Shown here in pieces: positions 26,103-40,951 of a stretch of DNA of 64,000 bases; the first letter of the stretch is position 1; each line of letters starts with the position of its first letter. The stretch spans positions 23,064,001 to 23,128,000 of the forward strand of contig OX597815.1 in assembly GCA_951406725.2 (NCBI GenBank). Reading direction: 5' to 3'. A program made the translations under genes and the position numbers. The notes beneath the pieces were generated by a model that did not search any database, had not been told where the DNA came from, and saw only the letters and a list, made by a program, of their open reading frames with translations. The DNA is from Octopus vulgaris (lineage: Eukaryota).

Positions 26103-26977
26103 AAGAGACAGAGAGCATCAGAGGCTACACTTTTCTAAAGCTAATAATGGAATGAATGTAAAAACTTATAACAGTTTAAATATGTACAGTCCTTAGAAAG
26201 AAATCTAAAGACTTCAAATGTTGGTCCCTTGAAGAATTGAGACTTATTTTCCAGCTTAAGTAATAGTTACTAATTTTCAATGTTATAACAATCAGAATAC
26301 CAGGAGTTAATGTATGCACAAGATCATAACATTACCATCACCGTAGTTGCTATTTAAATAAGAGACTATTTGTTAACTATTGATTTAAATAGCATCATAA
26401 TTCTATTCTAATTCTAAAGAATTAAAATTATATTCCACACAGTAAAAAAAAAAAAAAAAAAAACACAACATGCAGGCAAAAATAGTTCATTTAAACTAAG
26501 TTTTGAATCACTATTAGATTTTTACTATTTTCATAAACCAATTCAGAAGGGACTCACAAAAATTGAAAACAACATTATGAATTATTAATAACCAAACATC
26601 AACCACCAGCACTACCATCACTGAGAAAAAATTAACCAGAAACAGAATCTCTGTATCTTACAGTCAGGTTAGAAAGTATGGAAACCAAGATTCTGTTTTG
26701 ACTAAATTGATAGTAAAATAGAAATATTTTTGGTAAAATATCATTATTCTCAATAACGATCAAACTGGTCAAAAGATGTAACAGAGACATTTAGAATTTT
26801 TCTAGTCAGCTTAGCCAGTGATGTTAAGTAAAGACTGACATTTTCCCAGATATTCCTGTTGCAATGGATATGAATGGCTTCAAAGAAGGCATAATGTTCA
26901 GCTTTAGTTTCTCACATTTGTTTATCTTGAAATCCAGTTCATGCTCGTCCTTTGACTACCGCTAGGTAAATTATCTT

Positions 26978-27012
26978 TCACGTTACCATGATGTAATTTG
27001 ATCGGCAGTGAG
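26978..27012 (-). CDS. NELFCD: NELFCD last coding exon (35 nt including TGA)
   Basis: ttcttcttcag|CT CAC TGC CGA TCA AAT TAC ATC ATG GTA ACG TGA = (A)[10 protein letters not shown], matching the AHCKSNFIMVN-type C-terminus. Confidence 0.93.
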
Positions 27013-30000
27013 CTGAAGAAGAAAATATGCATAGAAGATTAAGAAGTAACATAAAAAATAAACACAAGTCTTATTGAAAATAATTTTTTCACAAATTTAT
27101 TATTTAAAAATTTGATGGTTAGTTTTTAAATTACCTGCTTTTTATGTGCCACCGGCACAGAAGCCAGCGCCGACTCGACTGGCTTCTGTGCCGGTGGCAC
27201 ATAAAAAGCACCATCCGAATGTGGCCGATGCCAGCTCCGCCCCGACTGGCTTCTGTGCTGGTGGCACATAAAAAGCACCATCCGAACGTGGCCGATGCCA
27301 GAGCCGCCCCGACTGGCTTCTGTGCTGGTGGCACATAAAACGCACCATCCGAACGTTGCCAGCACCGCCTTGGCTGGCTTCCGTGCCGCTGGCAAGTTAA
27401 AAGCTCCAACCGATCGTGGCCGATGCTGGACCTCCCCTGGCACCTGTGCAGGTGGCACGTAAAAAGTACCCACTACACTCGCGGAGTGGTTGGCGTTAGG
27501 AAGGGCATCCAGCCGTAGAAACTCTGCCAGATCAGACTGGAGCCTGGAGCAGCCCCTGGCTTCCCAGACCCCGATCGAACTGTCCAACCCATGCTAGTGC
27601 GGAAAACGGACGTTAAACAATGATGATGAATGATGATGATTCTACATAATGAATCCCAAGTAATTGTTGGATTTATAGATTGTAAAGATTTAATCTATAA
27701 GATTTCAGATAAAAAAGAGGAATTAAAGCTCATGCGAGTTTATAAGTAAAATGTCACATATATCCATTACTCAAATACTAACAATGTAAACTTTGGAATG
27801 CAAGCTGAGTAAAATAAAGATTTTATGTTGATTTTTGTTTCAATTCCATGAAAGTTGGCAGCTTTTAAAACCATAATTGATAAAGAAATTCGTTTTATCA
27901 AAATTGGTCAACATGAGAACTTTAAGTAATGGAACTAACTAGCAGAATATTCTTCCAAAATTAGGTTTCATACACTCATTGACTTCGGACATTCATCAAA
28001 TCAAGTAATACATTGAGGGAATCACCACATCTACACATATATACTTGAATCAATGCACTCTATGTAGTAACATGACTTGCTAGAAATAGAAGCCATATCT
28101 CCTTCAAATGACACATAACTATTTTAAAAGGAGAATCCAGGCACAGAAGTGGCTGTGTGGTAAGTAGCTTGTTTACCAACCACATGGTTCCAGGTCCAGT
28201 ACCACTGCGTGGCACCTTGGGCAAGTGTCTTCTACTATAGCCTCGGGCCGACGAAAGCCTTGTCAGTGGATTTGGTAGACGGAAACTGAAAGAAGCCCGT
28301 CGTATATATGTATATATATGCGTGTGTGTGTTTGTCTCCCTAGCATTGCTTGACAACCGATGCTGGTGTGTTTATGTCCCTGTTACTTAGCGGTTCGGCA
28401 AAAGATACCGATAGAATAAGTACTGGGCTTACAAAAGAATAAGTCCCGGGGTCGAGTTGCTCGATTAAAGGCGGTGCTCCAGCATGGCTGAAACAAGTAA
28501 AAGCGTATCTGAATAAAAGACAAAATGTGACTGGAAGGCCTCTTTGTCAAGGATAGCTGGGCTAAACAACAACACATACACACAAATACACTCTAACATG
28601 CACCAACATAAATTTCTCTGTCTCTGATATAAAGATATCATTATTTAATAGCAGTCAAAGCTATTTAGGAGAATATCACTCAGAAATAACTTACCAATAA
28701 ATTCTGTGACTGGATCAGTTCCATCTTCAACTTTTAAAGAACCTGTGATATCTTCGTTTTCAATGAGAGGTAACAGTAACTGGACAAACTCAGCAGTATA
28801 GGGAGGTGTAATCATATCAAGAACCTACAAATACATTTAGATTTTCACACCAAACTTCTCAGAATACAATCTTATCATTCATTAACCCTTTTGTTACTAA
28901 CCTGGCCAAAACCGGCTCTGGCTCTGTGGTAAAATGTCTTGTTTTCATAAGTTTTGAATTAAAATATTCCACCAAGCCTTAGTCACAATTTACATTCCTA
29001 ACACTAACTTAATGATAACTAAGTTATTTTACTAAATTCTTTGTTATATTTAAAATTCGTGGAGGCGCAATGGCTCAGTGGTTAGGGCAGCGGACTCGCG
29101 GTCATAGGATCGCGGTTTCAATTCCCAGACCGGGCGTTGTGAGTGTTTATTGAGCGAAAACACATAAAAGCTCCACGAGGCTCCGGCAGGGGATGGTGGT
29201 GATCCCTGCTGTACTCTTTCACCACAACTTTCTCTCACTCTTACTTCCTGTTTCTGTTGTACCTGTATTTCAAAGGGCCGGCCTTGTCACTCTCTATGTC
29301 ACGCTGAATATCCCCGAGAACTACGTTAAGGGTGTACGTGTCTGTGGAGTGCTCAGCCACTTACACGTTAATTTCACGAGCAGGCTGTTCCGTTGATTCG
29401 GATCAACTGGAACCCTCGTCGTCGTAACCGACGGAGTGCTTCCATCCATATTTAAAATTAATTGAAAGAAACACAGAGCATCTCAAAATAAATACAGTAA
29501 CAAAAGGGTTAAATTCTTTCAAATCTATATTTACTGACAGACCCTAATATCTGGTAGGGCCTTTTAATAGGTGCAGGCATGACTATACAGTAAGGAGTTT
29601 GATTCCTAACTGTGTGCATTATTAATAACCAAACATCAACCACCAGCACTACCATCACTGTGAAAAAATTAACCAGAAACAGAATCTCTGTATCTTACAG
29701 TTCGGTTAGAAAGTCCCAGGTTCAGTCCCACTGCATGGCACCTTGAGCAAGGTTTCCGGACTAATAATGTTTAATAAAATATAACTTATTTACTTAAGTT
29801 TTCACATCATCTCCTTCGAAATAGTCACCTTGCATAGCAATACAACAGTCTCAGCATTCCTGGGAATGCTTTTGGAATCAAGCCTGGAATCCTTTTGGAA
29901 TCCAACCTGGAAATTGTTTTCTGAGTCAAGGACCTTCTGCAATTCACTCTGGATCTCGACAACAGAGTTAAAATCTGCTGAATAGGGTGGGTGCAGAAAT

Positions 30001-33000
30001 GATGCCATGTTGCTTTTGGTGAGAAGTACTGGTGTCAATTTGTTCAACTAGAACCCTTCAAGTTAGTGTCCCAGCATAGCCACAGTCCAATGACTGAAAC
30101 AAGTAAAAGATCTGCTACATGCCATTTCACTACTTTTGGTAATAAAGTGAAGATGTGAAGATGATTTTGGCACAAGAAAGTGGTGAGCTGGCAGAAACTT
30201 TAGCACACCGGGCGAAATGCATAGTGGTATTTCGTCTGCCATTATGTTCTGAGTTCAAATTCCGCCGAGGTCAACCTTGCCTTTCATTTTTTCGGGGTCG
30301 ATAAATTAAGTACCAGTTACGCACTGGAGTCAATGTAATCGACTTAATCCCTTTGTCTGTCCTTGTTTGTCCCCTCTATGTTTAGCCCCTTGTGGGCAAT
30401 AAAGAAATAAGAAGCCACATGGTATTCTGTATAATGACCCATGATATTTCTGTGTTAAAATTAAACTGAAATCAATTTCGTTAGTCATGATTTCAAAGTT
30501 ACTCAAATAAACAGTAACATACTTAAGTTGATTCAATCAATAATACTTCATGCCTTTACAGGAAAGGCTCGTGTTAAGATACAAGAAATCAATAACTTAA
30601 AATGAAAAATGATGTTGAGATTTTTTAATTTTTTTATCAGAAGTAATGGTAGAGCCCATGAGCTTTTACAGGGCCTCTAAGACTGGTAGAACAGTGGAGG
30701 AAGAAGATATACTTCAATGAGCAGCCTGGCCTGAAAGCTTCCATCAGAGTGAACTCCATTAACCCCTTACCCAACAATTATTTTGAAAATAAATGTATTT
30801 TTTCAGACATATTTTTTAATTGTTTTATTTTACTATGTTTTGAATGGTGATTTCGAGGTATATTTCAAACCTTATTTATTATGAATTTTAATTCAATAAT
30901 ATTGATTTTAAATTACCGCTTTGGGCAGAAACGAGTTAACCGGTTTTTAGACGAAGGAACTCGTTTGCTGTCGATTTTGGCGAGTCTATCTTTTGACGAG
31001 TTAACTCGCCTGAGATAGAAACAAACGATTTCGGTCAAAACGAATATATTCGTTTCTACCGGGTAAGGGGTTAACAGTACCCAAAGTACCAAGTGGTGGT
31101 ATTAAACCCTTTCGTTACCAAACCGCCCAAAGCCACCCGAAAAAAATTTTGGTTTATGAGACCAAACCGCCCAAAGCCGCCCGAATTTACCTATTCATAT
31201 TTAAATGAGAATATCAGAGCAAATCTCTTCAGTACATTCGTGAAAACACGTATTATACTTCGTAAACAGTTCAACTACAGTTTTGTACAATAATCGAAGT
31301 GTAATTTTAATTCCGTGAATTTTGGGAGATTTTTTTCCGAAATTTGTTCCTATTGTGTTTTCAAAATTTGTAATTCTGACAAAAAATGGATACGAATTTC
31401 ATTATATCAAGCAGCGAGTCAGAATTCGAAGGATTTTCTACTGAAGACCTTCATAAATCTAACTCTATGACTGAAAAAAAAAGCATGTGGTATTTGATAA
31501 TGAATCTGATGTTTCATTTTCCGAAAGTGAAAACAGTGAATCTGAGATCTCCGATAGCGATAAAGAAAACGAATTGGCACCTGAATGGAGTGAAAATTTA
31601 AAAACTGTTTCTTTCGGTGATTTTTCTGAAGAAACTGGACCAAGCCACAGACTTTCCCAGGAGAGTAAAGCCTTAAACTATTTCTATTTACTTTTTCGAA
31701 TGAGCCTATTTGAAATCATTACGGCAGAAACGAACTGTTACGCTAAACGTAAACAAAGCGAAAGAAAGGATACTTTGTGGTTTCCCACAACCTTAAATGA
31801 AATTAAGACTATTTTGCCATAAATATTATTATTGGTATCAGAAAGTTACCCAGAATAACAAATTCTATCATAAAATTTTGTTGTATACCCAATTGAATAT
31901 TAGCTAATAACCCATTTTCTATAGCGATGTTTGAACAAAATTTTAATAATTTTATATTTTGTGGAATTTACCTGTATCTACCTACAATTAGAGTCACTTT
32001 GTGACAAAAATTATAGTATAGAATTGGTTGAGAATATTTCATTAAATTATCTTCCAAAAATCAGATTAATATATCGATAAATAAAAAAGTTATAGTTGTT
32101 TAATGAAACCAGACTAAATTTATGATTACGTTAGAAATTAATTGAAACACATAAGGGGTGTAATTTGGTCAGAAATATAGTAACGAAAGGGTTAAACTGG
32201 ACAATGGATTAAGCTTACAACCCAAGATGGGATTTACAGTCAGAACACAAAGAGCAGGCATGAATACTGCAAAGCATTCAATCCAATATTCTTATGCAGA
32301 TTTGCTAATCCGTGACCTAGGAATGGTACTTTTTTTTTTTTTTTGACCCTGAAAGGATGAAGCAAAGTTGACTTCGATGGGAATTGAACTCAGAAAGCAG
32401 GGAGTTGGACAAACACTATGAGGCATTCTATTTGACTTTCTAAAAACTCAACAATTCAGAAATGTTAAGGTGTAACTGAATAATTGAAACAAATATTTTC
32501 ACATGACATCTCAACCATGATAAATAAGTAGACTTTAGAGAGATTAAATTATCTGAGGAATTTGCTTTGTTATAATAGGACCGTACTGTGGTCAGTCATT
32601 CAGTATTTTAGGCTTACAGTAACAATGCTTCTAAAAATATAAAAGAATATGAAGAAATATGAAGAAGGCGCAGGAGTGGCTGTGTGGTAAGTAGCTTGCT
32701 AACCAACCACATGGTTCCGGGTTCAGTCCCACTGCGTGGCATCTTGGGCAAGTGTCTTCTGCTATAGCCTCGGGCCGACCAAAGCCTTGTGAGTGGATTT
32801 GGTAGATGGAAACTGAAAGAAGCCTGTCGTATATATGTATATATATGTATGTGTGTGTATATGTTTGTGTGTCTGTGTTTGTCCCCCCCTAGCATTGCTT
32901 GACAACCGGTGCTGGTGTGTTTACGTCTCCGTCACTTAGCGATTCGGCAAAAGAGACCAATGGAATAAGTACTGGGCTTACAAAGAATAAGTCCCGGGGT

Positions 33001-36000
33001 CGATTTGCTCGACCAAATGCGGTGCTCCAGCATGGCCGCAGTCAAATGACTGGAACAAGTAAAAGAGAAAGAGAAATAACTTTTTTTTAACAATGGCATT
33101 TGAGATTTTATCAACTATTTTACATTTATACCAACTCAACAATCATTTTTCTATTAAGTCATTGAAAAATGAAGAAACTACTGCAATAGACTGGAATATT
33201 CTAGAAAGCTGAATATTCTGGATTGTAATAGCTAGCAATGGAAGATTTTTTATTAACCTTTTTTGATAACATCCACCCACTTGAGACTGCATCTAGGTCT
33301 GATATAAAGCCTCCTTTTAAAGGCGGAGAGCTGGCAGAAACGTTAGCACGCCGGGCGAAATGCGTAGCCGTATTTCGTCTGCCGTTATGTTCTGAGTTCA
33401 AATTCTGCCGAGGTCGACTTTGCCTTTCATCCTTTCGGGGTCGATAAATTAAGTACCAGTTACGCACTGGGGTCGATATAATCGACTTAATCCGTTTGTC
33501 TGTCCTTGTTTATCCCCTCTGTGTTTAGCCCCTTGTGGGCAGTAAAGAAATATATAAAGCCTCCTTTTAAAGTGTTCATACTGAAATTACAACATCCTTT
33601 TACTATCTAATGCGAGACTTTTTCCTGAACATCAAAAAACATTCGAGCGAGGTCGTTGCCAGTGCTGTTGGACTGGCTCCTGTGCAGGTGGCACATAAAA
33701 AGCACCATTTTGAGCGTGGTCGTTGCCAGTACCACAAGACTGGCCCTCATGTCGGAGGCACGTAAAAGCACCCACTACACTCTCAGAGTGGTTGGCATTA
33801 GGAAGGGCATCCAGCTGTAGAAACTCTGCCAGATCAGATTGGAGTCTGGTGCAACCATCTGGTTCGCCAGACCTCAGTCAAATCGTCCAACCCATGCTAG
33901 CATGGAAAGCGGACGTTAAACGATGATGATGATGATGAGCTTAATAAGGATTAAAGTTGGTTATTTCGCTAAATGTCTCTAAGAAACATGGAGGAAATAG
34001 ATTATATAAAACAAGCTCAGGAAAGGGGTAAACATTCATTATATGAGCTAATGAGGGCACTTCTACACAGTTGCTTGACCTGCTTGAGATAGTAGCCAGA
34101 TCTACCTCAAAGCACATTTTACTGCCTTAAAAAAAACAAAAAACAAAGGACATACTGGAGTCACCAGAGCATTAGAAGGAATGCTTTATAGTATTCATTC
34201 TGACTCTGCACCAAGTTCAGATCTCAATGTGGTCAACTTAGCCTTTCATTCACACATGCAGACAGATACACACACACACACATTCAGTTTTTATCTATCA
34301 AATCAACTCACAAGCTTTGGTGGGCCTGGGGCTATAGCAGAGGACGCTTATTCAAAGTACCATGCAGTGGGTGAACCTGGAAACATGGAGCTGGGAAGCA
34401 AACTTCTAAACCACACAGCCATGTCTGTGTCTATAATTACCAGTGTGATAAATAATGGGAATATATTTTTTTGGTATAAGCATACAAAGTGGCAAGGTTC
34501 AAAACAAGGATTCATTTTTTATAGACCCTTGTTATGTTTAACACTGCATTTAAACATATGTTACACAACTGTCCAGTTAAAAGGTCACAAAATATTAAAG
34601 GACAGATAGAAATATGATTTATATATTTTTAAAATTGATCATAGATATATTGGTTTTTAAAATAAGTACACAATTCCCTGTCACAAAAATTGACTTCAAA
34701 AACTGGGTGGCATCAAGGAAGGCCATCTGGCCATAAAACATTATCTCAAAACATCCTGTCCAACCCATACCAGAATGAAAAACTCATCTGATTTGCCAAC
34801 AATTCAGAAATGGCATAAAAAGAATGAGGAGGAGGGGGATTTCTTGTTTTCATATTTTTTCCCTTTTTTTATCATTTTGTATTCATCTTATAACTAAGAG
34901 AAACAGCAGTGTTCATGACCCTTTCCAGAGCCTCTGAAACTGGTGGGAATGCCAGGAAGAAAACCTCAAACCAGAAACATAGCCTAAATGCTTGCTCAAA
35001 GTGGACTCCACAAAAGGCACCCAAGAACCAGGTGGTGGTGGTGTTAATCTGGCTAATGGATTAAGTCTACCACCCAAGTAGGCCTCGGCAGGATTTTCAG
35101 AATGCAAAGAACTCAGAAAGCAAATACCACCAGACATCAAATCTGGTAGTCTTACAGTTCTGCCACCCCATTGCCCTCCCAAAAGGATGAAAGGTAAAGT
35201 TGATCTTGGTGGGATTTGAACTAAGGAGATGGAGAGTTGGAATAAATATTGCAAGGCATTCTATCCAATGTTCTAATGATTCTTCCACTTCACCAACTAC
35301 AAAGATATGAAAATCAAAATTATGAGTTCACTTTAACATACCTCTGTAACAAAATGACGTATCAAAGAGATGTCGGTATCTTGTTTCTCAAGACACTTTC
35401 TTATGTAACTCACAACGGGAATGACACAGCCACGGCTGAAAACATGCACCATTCGATCGAGGACAGTTTTCTTTAGTTCCAACTGAAGAAGAAAGAATTA
35501 CAAGTGAAACAGAAACCTCTAATCTTGTTAATTTAAAACAAGAAGAATTTCTAAAATATATTATTATATTTCATTCATGGCAGAGAAATTACATAAATGA
35601 AACCAAATTGGAATTTAATTTTCATGTTCAATTTTATCAACACAGAAACAAAAGTATATTTTAATATATTTCCAATGGTAAAAATATGGACTGATAACTT
35701 TGCAGATGAGAATTCATCATCATCATCGTTTAACATCCGCTTTCCATGCTAGCATGGGTTGGACGATTTTGACTGAGGGCTGGCGAACCAGGTGGCTGCA
35801 CAAGGCTTCAAACTTGATCTGGCAGAGTTTCTACAGCTGGATGCTCTTCCTAGCGCCAACCACTCCGAGAGTGTAGTGGGTGATTTTACGTGCCACTGGC
35901 ACGGGGCCAGTCAGGTAGTACTGGCAACGACTTCATTCGAATCTTTTACACATGCCACCAGTGCGGGTGCCAGTAAGGCAATGCTGGTAACGATCACACT

Positions 36001-39000
36001 CGAATGGTGTCTATTACATGCCACAGGCACGGAGGCCAGATAGCCACACTGGCAACGATCACACTCGGACGGTGCTCTTAACACCCTACTAGCACAGGGC
36101 TCGAGTGCCAGTAAGGCGACACTGATAACGATCACGCTCGAATGGTGCCTTTTAAGCACCACTGGCACGGAAGCAGGTTAGCCACTCTGTCAACGATCAC
36201 CCTCGTATGGTGCTCTTTGCACCCCACTAGCACGGACGCCAGTCATCGAATCTGATTTTGATTGATAAGCTCAATTGCTGAGCATTTTAATAATATAAGA
36301 AAAGGAAAACAGAAACAAACTGTGAGCTAAGAAATCACTTACTCTAACTAAAACATCAAGTTCTTCATAGGAGGCTTCAAATAATCGAATTAAAAGGTCA
36401 AGGGCTTTCTGATGTAGCAGCATGTGACTAGTTACAATCTGTGGAGAACACAATAAACAGTAGTTAATAACAAATTTAACAAAGAAGTAGGTCTTCAAAA
36501 TCTCTGTAGTCTGATGTGGGCTGAGGAAACTATGCAGAAAATTATTGCTCAATGAGTTTGATGTTGAGTACAAACAAATACAAAGGATGCAGGGGTATTG
36601 TGGCACTTCAGGTGTGCAAGACATACAGAAGTAATTAAGATTAGAGGAAGCATCAAATGTTCAGCTGACCAAGTACTTATCATCATCAACATCATCATTC
36701 TCCTTGACCACATAACTAGTTTCATTCTCCATTGTGGCATGGATTGGACAGACCGACAGGATTGAATGAGCTCAAATGTCAGTTTTGGCATGGGGTCTAT
36801 AGCTGGATGCCCTTCCTAACACCAACCACTTTTCAGAGTGGACCGGGTGTTTTGTCATACTACTGTCACAAGTCAGGTTTCCAAGTAATTTCACATTTCT
36901 CATTATACCCTTCCCAATTCCTAGTCATCATCTACTCTCTCCTATCTTCTGCCCAACTCATATGTCAACAACCACCCTACCTCAACCTTTGTTCACCATT
37001 CAGTATACTTATACCCAACCCCATTTCTTACCATCCCTCATTTTCTCAATACACACTTGCAATTGCTATCCAGCCTCCCTTTCTGATCTTCTTCCCCCGG
37101 AGCCCACCTTGATACCTTGTCACCATCATCTTTATTTCTCTTTCTAGCTCCACACAGACTACTTCCACCCTCTTTTGTATTATGCCACCAGATATGTATC
37201 TCTTCAACAAGAAACTTGCTTTGGCCCTTCTTTTACACTCTAATCTTTTATCATCTAGCATAAAGCTGCCTCTATTTCTGCTGTAGTCCCACTCAGCAAA
37301 TAGGGATTTTAATGTTGTAAGCTTTATGATGTCCTCACTAGTGCTGAAGTCAAAGAAAAAAAAAGTTCTTAGCACACTCCGTAAAATGGCTGGTGTTAGG
37401 AAGAGCATCTAAATATAGAAAGCAGACTTCAGAGAGTGATGCAGTCTTCTGATATGCTGGATTTTGACAAATCACCCAACCCATACCTATGATGACAACA
37501 CTGAGGTATATTTTGACACCTTGATCAAGTGTGACTGCATGAGAGACAAGCAGACTGAGAAAAAAAGAAACCACAAACACACACACATAAATATACAGAT
37601 GCAGAATATAGTCAAACTACTTCCCTTGTCCTTGAGACACAAACCAGTCACTGTAATACGTTTCCTGCACTGATAATATCTGTCCATTAGATTACTATTT
37701 TAGCAGTGTGAATTGCACAGCCCTTGAATAGTTAATTAGGATTTATTCAGATAATATACACAGCCTTGACCACATAACTAGTTTATTTATTTCTGAAACA
37801 CAAATAGATGGATTATCTTGATGATAATCTTACTAAAACAATTCTGGTTCCAACTCACCAGCTTGAGTCATATGTCAAACCATTTATGTATATGTCAACA
37901 CTTTACCTATTTCTTTATTACCCACAAGGGGCAAAACACAGAGTGGACAAACAAGGACAGACAAACGGATTAAGTCGATTATATCGACCCCAGTGCGTAA
38001 CTGGTACTTATTTAATCGACCTCGAAAGGATGAAAGGCAAAGTCGACCTCGGTGGAATCTGAACTCAGAACGTAACGGCAGACAAAATACCTATTTCTTT
38101 ACTACCCACAAGGGGCTAAACACAGAGCTAACAAACAAGGACAGACAAATGGATTAAGTCGATTATATCGACCTCAGTGCGTAACTGGTACTTATTTAAT
38201 CGACCTCGAAAGGATGAAAGGCAAAGTTGACCTCGGCAGAATTTGAACTCAGAACGTAGCGGCAGACGAAATACCGCCAAGCATTTCACCTGGCATGCTA
38301 ACGATTCTGCCAGCTCGCCGTCTTGTATGTCAACACTTTACCAACAGTTCACTGCTTTTCAATGGTAGTGACATCTGGTCGCATATCAGTAGCTTATACT
38401 ATCATCAAAAGGAATATAGGTTTAATCATAAATATTCACAAAGAACTATCACAAAAATATGTTTTATGAATATTAAGCATATGCAATTGTGAATGTAGAC
38501 AATATGTTTAATATTCACAAAGAATTATCCAAAAAATATGTTTAAATTACCTCATCCACAAGAACCAGATGTAAAGGAGTGTGATCAGTGTTGAGTTTGA
38601 AATAGCTTTTATCTGATACTGTATAATCAACCCAACGTAGAACACCCATTGCCACTACTGAAAACCTGTTGAGAAAGAAAATGTAAGGAAACTGTTCTAG
38701 AAAAAGATGCTACTGATTTTCAATGAGATAATTTAGTATCTGATAATAATGTCTTTCATTCCATAAAATTTTACATACTCTTACCTGTTACCTTTGTCTC
38801 AGCATAATCACCACACTTTTTGTTGATAATTAATTTGTTATAGTTAGAAGATTGTTAAACTTTTTTTCTCCTTGGGCCACTATTCTACAACAGTTTTAAT
38901 AATTGATTTAATTAAATAGTGGAACTTAACTACTGCATTTACTACTCCAGTATTGATTTAATGTTGATGGTATTTCTAACTAGACTTTTACATCTACAGC

Positions 39001-40917
39001 CCCAAAATCTGCCACGGCAAGACATAAAAGCACCTGTGCCCGTGACACGTGAAAGCACTCGTGCCAGTGACACGTAGGAGCACCCGTGCCAGTGACACGT
39101 AACGGCAACCGTGCCAGTGACACGTAAAAGCACCCGTGCCAGTGACACGTATAAGCACCCGTGTCAGTGACACGTAAAAGCACCCGTGCCAGTGACACGT
39201 ATAAGCACCCGTGCCAGTGACACGTATAAGCATCCGTGCCCGTGACACATAAGAGCACCTGTGCCAGTGACACATGAAAGACACCTGTGCCAGTGACATG
39301 TAAAAGCACCTGCGCCAGTGACACATAAAAGGCACCTGGTACACTCTGTGGAGTGGTTGGCATTAGGAAGGGCATCCAGCCATAGAGACCAAGCCAAAAC
39401 AGACTGGAGCCTGGTGCATCTCTCCAGCTTACCAATTCAGTCAAAATGTCTAAGCCATGCCAGTATGGAAAATGGATGCTTAATGATGCTATAGATGCAG
39501 GCTTAGCCATGCAGTTAAGAAGTTCACTTCACAACCTCATGGTTTCAGATCCAGTCCCACTATGTGGCACTGAGGATAAGTATATTCTACTACAGCCCTA
39601 GACCAACCAAAGTCTTGAGTGGATTAGGTAGGGGGAAAATAAAAGAAACCTGTCACATGTGTATGTGGTTGTGTGTCTCTGTGTGCATGCATGCATGTCC
39701 TTGTCTTGATATCACATGATGGTTGTGAACAAGAGGCACTGACATAGAAGCATTGCTAATCATTCCCAATCTTTCAACTATGAGAAAATATTACTTAGCT
39801 TGGAAGCAAGTAAAAGTCATTAAAAATCTGCTTCAGCGAGTTTTGTTTAATCCATTTGGAAAAACAGACATCAAATTGACAGCTGTGATACCAGTGCCGG
39901 TGGCACGTAAGAGAATCATCCGAACGTGGCCGTTGCCAGCGCCGCCCCGACTGGCCTCCGTGTCGGTGGCACGTAAAAAGCACCATCCGATTGTGGCCGT
40001 TGCCAGCCTCGTCTGGCACCTGTGCAGGTGGCACGTAAATAGCACCCACTACACTCACGGAGTGGTTGGTGTTAGGAAGGGCATCCAGCTGTAGAAACAC
40101 TGCCAGATCAGACTGGGCCTGGCGCAGCCTTCTGGCTTCCCAGAACCCAGTTGAACCGTCCAACCCATGCTAGCATGGAAAATGGACGTTAAATGATGAT
40201 GATGATGATGATGATGGTATATAAAATAGGAAGTTACAGTAAAAATGATCTTCAGATGTTATATAAAACATATCTTTGAATCTCAGTCTACTTCTGTCAA
40301 CTGCCTTGTGTAAGTTGTAAGTTGAAATTTCACCATGTGGTAGATGGTCATATTATGTATGCATAAACTTGGCAGACTAAAATTAATTGCAAATTGTCAG
40401 CCTATTTGCTATAAGATCCATATGTGTATGAAATCGTTCTACAGCCTATTTAGACAGACACCCAGCATAGACGTAATCAATATGAGTCATAAATTATTAG
40501 TACTGTTACACAGATATATAAAATTCTATGTTTTGTAAAAGATGAATTATGTAACAGTTTTGAACAATTTTACATCTAATTATCCATAATTTAAATAATT
40601 TGTGATACAAAACACAAACTGAATGTTTTTAGATTTTCTTAATTTTTTTCACATATTTTATCAAATATCTCCTTACAGAGCAAGAATCAAATACTTTTAG
40701 TGGTGGATATGAAAACCATACCTAAATGAGATGCTGAAAAAAATATTACAGAATCAGAAAATATAAATTCTATATTTTGGTGGATAGCATCATTACAGGA
40801 TGAACATGAAATTTAATTACAGTCAAATGGTTAAACAAGATGGACAAGGCCACTGAAATCCAAATGTTTTAGCAAAGGATACAGTACAGTACCAATGACT
40901 AGATAATTTCTACTTAC

Positions 40918-40951
<34 letters not shown>

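Noticed and set aside
27138-27470. CRISPR-like regularly spaced repeats (also at 17500-17810, 39029-39330, 48060-48340)
   Set aside because: The spacers are mutually related, there are no cas genes, the context is eukaryotic, and the arrays are part of an RTE 3'UTR.
29061-29135. tRNA genes at SINE heads
   Set aside because: A/B boxes are present but there is no complete cloverleaf; they run into SINE bodies with TSDs.
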